From: Torpedo marmorata
Taxonomy: Eukaryota
Direction of reading: 5' to 3'
NCBI GenBank assembly: GCA_977017645.1
Contig: OZ360221.1
Coordinates: 40,424,001 to 40,488,000 of the forward strand
DNA length: 64,000 nucleotides
A program made the position numbers and the translations under genes. The notes under the pieces are model-generated. The model was not told where the DNA came from. It worked only from the letters and a program-made list of their open reading frames with translations, and ran no database searches. Positions 60,220 through 64,000 of this stretch are shown here, in pieces (the stretch's first letter is position 1; each line of letters opens with the position of its first letter).

Positions 60220-62869
60220 AGGGAACAGGAGGAAAGAAATAACTCGAGATGCCTTTAACATTAAAATAACTCCCTCTTTATTGAAAAAAAGCATAGGGGT
60301 AAACAAGAGGTCAAAAGGAACTATTTAATGAGAAACATGGTATTGAGCAGGATAAACGAGTAGTAACAAGTGTTTATGACTGCACTCCCAGCAGAAACCT
60401 CATAACATCCTTCTGGTCTCAGGAGGGTTATAAAAACGTGGCATCATTGAACAAACACAGGATATCGGTACTTCAACATTCTTCCTTGATTCCTCACACC
60501 CTTGCTCCCCCTCCCCCCTCAAAAGAAATATAAAATGCGAGTCACAAAAATCTTGTGGATGAGAACGAATTTCACAGACTGAGAATGTGTTCATGTGAAA
60601 ATGTGATGGAACCTTTCCTCACTCGATCTACCCAAGCCACAGAGAGGCTGGGCTTAATTCTTTAACTGTTTAGGTTCATGAACACTCACAAATGTTCGGC
60701 CTTGATGTGTACATGGGGGATATTGTCACTATGTATGGGTCGTAATCCAAGATTTATTCTGTTTGTCTTATCCAGAAAATCACATTTATAGTTCTGTGAA
60801 ATCTTTCTGCTAAATTTATACAAACCCAAGTTAAATCCTGACCTGGGGCATAATTGGAGTTCCTTTAAAATTACCATTGGATGTGGCACTGCCCATGGTT
60901 AGTCCGAAATTTGAAACATAGCTCTCACCTGTGAAGTTCAAAGCCCTAAAATTCATCTGCTTTTAGTGCGACAGTGGATTCATGCAAATGATCACAAGTC
61001 CTGAGGGTGATTAACTGCTTAAAAATATTTGGCTTTGGGTTAGTTGTGATTCTTAGGAGAGGGAATATTTTGAAGCGAATTAGAGGCCATCTTGCTAGAA
61101 ACACAATTTCGACACAGAATAAATGCACAACGCTGATATCATGAAGGGTAGACTGATGCTATGTGGAGGAATGCATTGAGATTGTTCATTCAACATTGCT
61201 TTATGTTGCAACGTTAAGGAAGAATGAAATTCTTTGGAGAAGATCAGCCAGTTGTCAGCCATGGACCCCACAAATCCTTGACATCATTTTTTTTCTGCCC
61301 ATTATTGTAGGTGTCTGATCTGGCACACAATATCAGTGTCCCTCTTTGTTCCTCCATCCATTTACCCTAGAGGACCCACCCTGTCACATTTCCAAGTTAC
61401 TGATCTTCAACTACAAATCACCCTTGACTCTCTGCAATAGCTTGTTTTATTACCTGATCTCGGTAACCTGTCTTAATACTATAGTGCTAACTGCTCTATC
61501 CGACAACAATATTAGTCACATGGATTTATCGTGTTTCCTTAATATCATAAAATGTCCAGTTAATTCACAGAAGCATTGTTAAACAAAATGGGAGTTCAAT
61601 CCACATAGGGCAATATTAGAATAGGTGACCAAAATCTTGGTCCAAGAGGAGGCATTTGAAGAAGGCGTGAGGTACGGTGGGATTAAGAGAATAGATTTCC
61701 TAGCAGATGAAGTCAGGGTAACCAAGGAGAGCAATAAAAATCAGTGGTGCACAAGAGACCGGAACTGGAAGAGCACAGGGATCTTGGGGGACTGTAGCAC
61801 TGTAGATAGTGGCATACAAATGTAATCATGGGTTTCCTCACTTGTATAACATTCCTTACTTCTTATACTCCATTGCATTGTTTGTAAAATTCAGAGGTTG
61901 TGGAAAAATAATGAAACCTCATTTTAACTTTCATAAATCGCAGCACATTCCAGGGTAGAAATTAAGTTTCAGATTTACATTGTCTTTTATTTTGTAGAGA
62001 AATACTAAAGACAACTTCACTTTATTAACACTTTATTAAGAAAGTGTTAGAAACAGTATCGAACTTTCAAATCTTTTTGTTTTACTACTATTAATTTTCC
62101 AAGAAATGAGTGATAAAATGTCACAATTAACTCGTTACTGAAAGCAGATTAATGAACAAAATTGGTTTCTCAAATTTCATCTGACCACTAATATCCAAAA
62201 CATAAATCTTTGATGCTTCCATGCTAATTATCATTAACAATTGGTTTGGCAGGGTGGGGGAATGATAAATATGTGGAAAATGTAATGCATAGACTTACAT
62301 TCTTTCATTTGTTGCTATTGTATGCATCGAACAATTAAACTGCCTCCTATTTGCATTAGGAAACTACACTGGGTTCAACTCCGACTGACCCAGGACTGAA
62401 TGCGGTATCTCATTCTGAGCACTGCACAGACCAGGTACTGGAAAGCATCAAACTATCAGTCCAGCACATGTGCTCTGATCTTCACTGAGCAGGAGGTGAT
62501 CATCAGTTGAGTCTGATTCTAATTTCAGTCACAGTGCTCAGATTGAAACCAGCCTGCAAAAGGTGGGAATGTTGACTCGGAAGTCACAATGAGTCCAAGC
62601 AATGGGGCACTGGCAATTTTAATAGGACACAGCTGCAAAATCAAAATTAATGCAAATTTTGCAGTTTTGGTTCAGTCAAGGCTCATAAAAATTACTAGAA
62701 AGCACATTAAAGATCAAAACAACTGCAAGAATATGATCTCTGCTCTTTTAATTCCAGTATGATTGCACATTGTCTTTGTGATAGATTATAGTAAGCCCTA
62801 CACTTTTAAAATTGTGATATTTTTACTTGCATTTATAAACGGTTTAGTAAAAAGAAGATTTTTTTTTAC

Positions 62870-64000
62870 TTAAGACAAAGGTTGGATAGATTTTTTCATA
62901 GTAGGGGAATTAGGAGATATGGGGAAAAGGTAGGTAGGTAGAAATGAGCCTATCATCAGATCAGCCATGATCTCATTGAATGGCAGAGCAGGCTCGACAG
63001 GCCAGATGGCCTACTCCTGTTCCTATTTCTTATGTTCTGATCTTCTTACTGAGGTGCCCCTAAAAATATTTATGTCTATTTCCACCTCAAAGCCTCTGTT
63101 ATAGTTTTGCTACATCTTTGTACCTGATTATTCCAATTTTGGCCTGAAACGTTGACCTTTCTTTTTCTCCCATGGATGCCACTCGACCCGCTGAGTTCCT
63201 CCAGCAGATTGTTTGTTATTTCAATGCTCAATTGGTTGACCTTCCCTTTTATAACATTCATAAACTTAAGCTGATCCAAAAACTTTGAATTGTGATGTGG
63301 AATCTTTTTCTGTTTATCTGAGGGACAGCCAGGGCCTCGGCTTAAGGTCTCATAAAAGGATACTTCCATGGTCCTGCAATATCTCAATACTGGACCAAAG
63401 TGCCTTGACTTATATGGAATTTAATCCTGATCAGTGCAAGGTGATGCAGTTTGGGAAATCTCAGGATGGAAGGACATACACGATGAATGGTAGAGCCATA
63501 GGGAATTTTGAGAAACAGGGGGAGTTTTAACACCAGAGGGCATTCTTTTAAGATAAGGAGTAGCAGGAGGAGAAGGGATCTGCGGAAGAATTATTTTTCG
63601 CCTCTGGTGGTTGTATTGCACACTGCCTGAGAAAGTCATGGAGGCTGGTACAACCCTATCTGGATGAGCACTTGAACCACCAATGAATAGAAAGTTGTGG
63701 ACAAAATGCTGGCAAATGGGATTAGTATGGGTGGGTATTTGGTGGTTGGCATGGCCATGTTGTGATGAAGGACCTGTTTTGGTGATGTTTTATGAAATTA
63801 AAACTCAAGTTTAAGTTTATTATCACACGTACCAAGATGTGTGGTTTTGTGTGCAGACCAGTTGAAAATCTCATGCATAGCAAGACACAAAACAAAAGTA
63901 TGGAGCTGAAGGGAGCAAAAGAGCAAAGTCAGCATAGTTTTACTATTTTGAGATTCATTTAGGTGTCTGATAACAGTGGGAATGAAACTGTTCATTAACC
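62870..64000. mobile_element. CR1 3' fragments (+) and a Rex 3' end (-, from ~63820)
   Basis: MEFNPDQCKVMQFG; GGCCTACTCCTGTTCCTATTTCTTATG tail; NSFIPTVIRHLN. Confidence 0.7.

Overview
Eukaryotic, repeat-saturated vertebrate DNA, most likely from a cartilaginous fish (shark or ray; inferred from HE1/V-SINE-like SINEs with CR1-type tails and the CR1, Rex1/Babar and Penelope load). I found no confidently recognisable host gene, so the window reads as intron or intergenic sequence. Main contents: (i) a young 5.9-kb Gmr1-type Gypsy LTR element (integrase upstream of RT) whose RT catalytic core is deleted in frame; (ii) a second, Mag-like Gypsy with a truncated 5' LTR and a YLDN RT motif; (iii) a CR1 LINE with an open 666-codon RT ORF, plus many CR1, Rex1/Babar, L1 and RTE fragments; (iv) many Penelope (GIY-YIG) 3' ends carrying minimal hammerhead-ribozyme motifs, two of them in inverted arrangements; (v) tRNA- and 5S-derived SINEs; (vi) hAT, Tc2-like and Tigger-like MITEs. 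Most interesting are three copies of a Chapaev3-like non-autonomous transposon. They keep a RAG1-like catalytic segment and have bipartite ends whose spacers differ by exactly 10 bp, reminiscent of the 12/23 RSS asymmetry. Family names come from motif recognition by eye, not database searches. Boundaries of degraded fragments are approximate.
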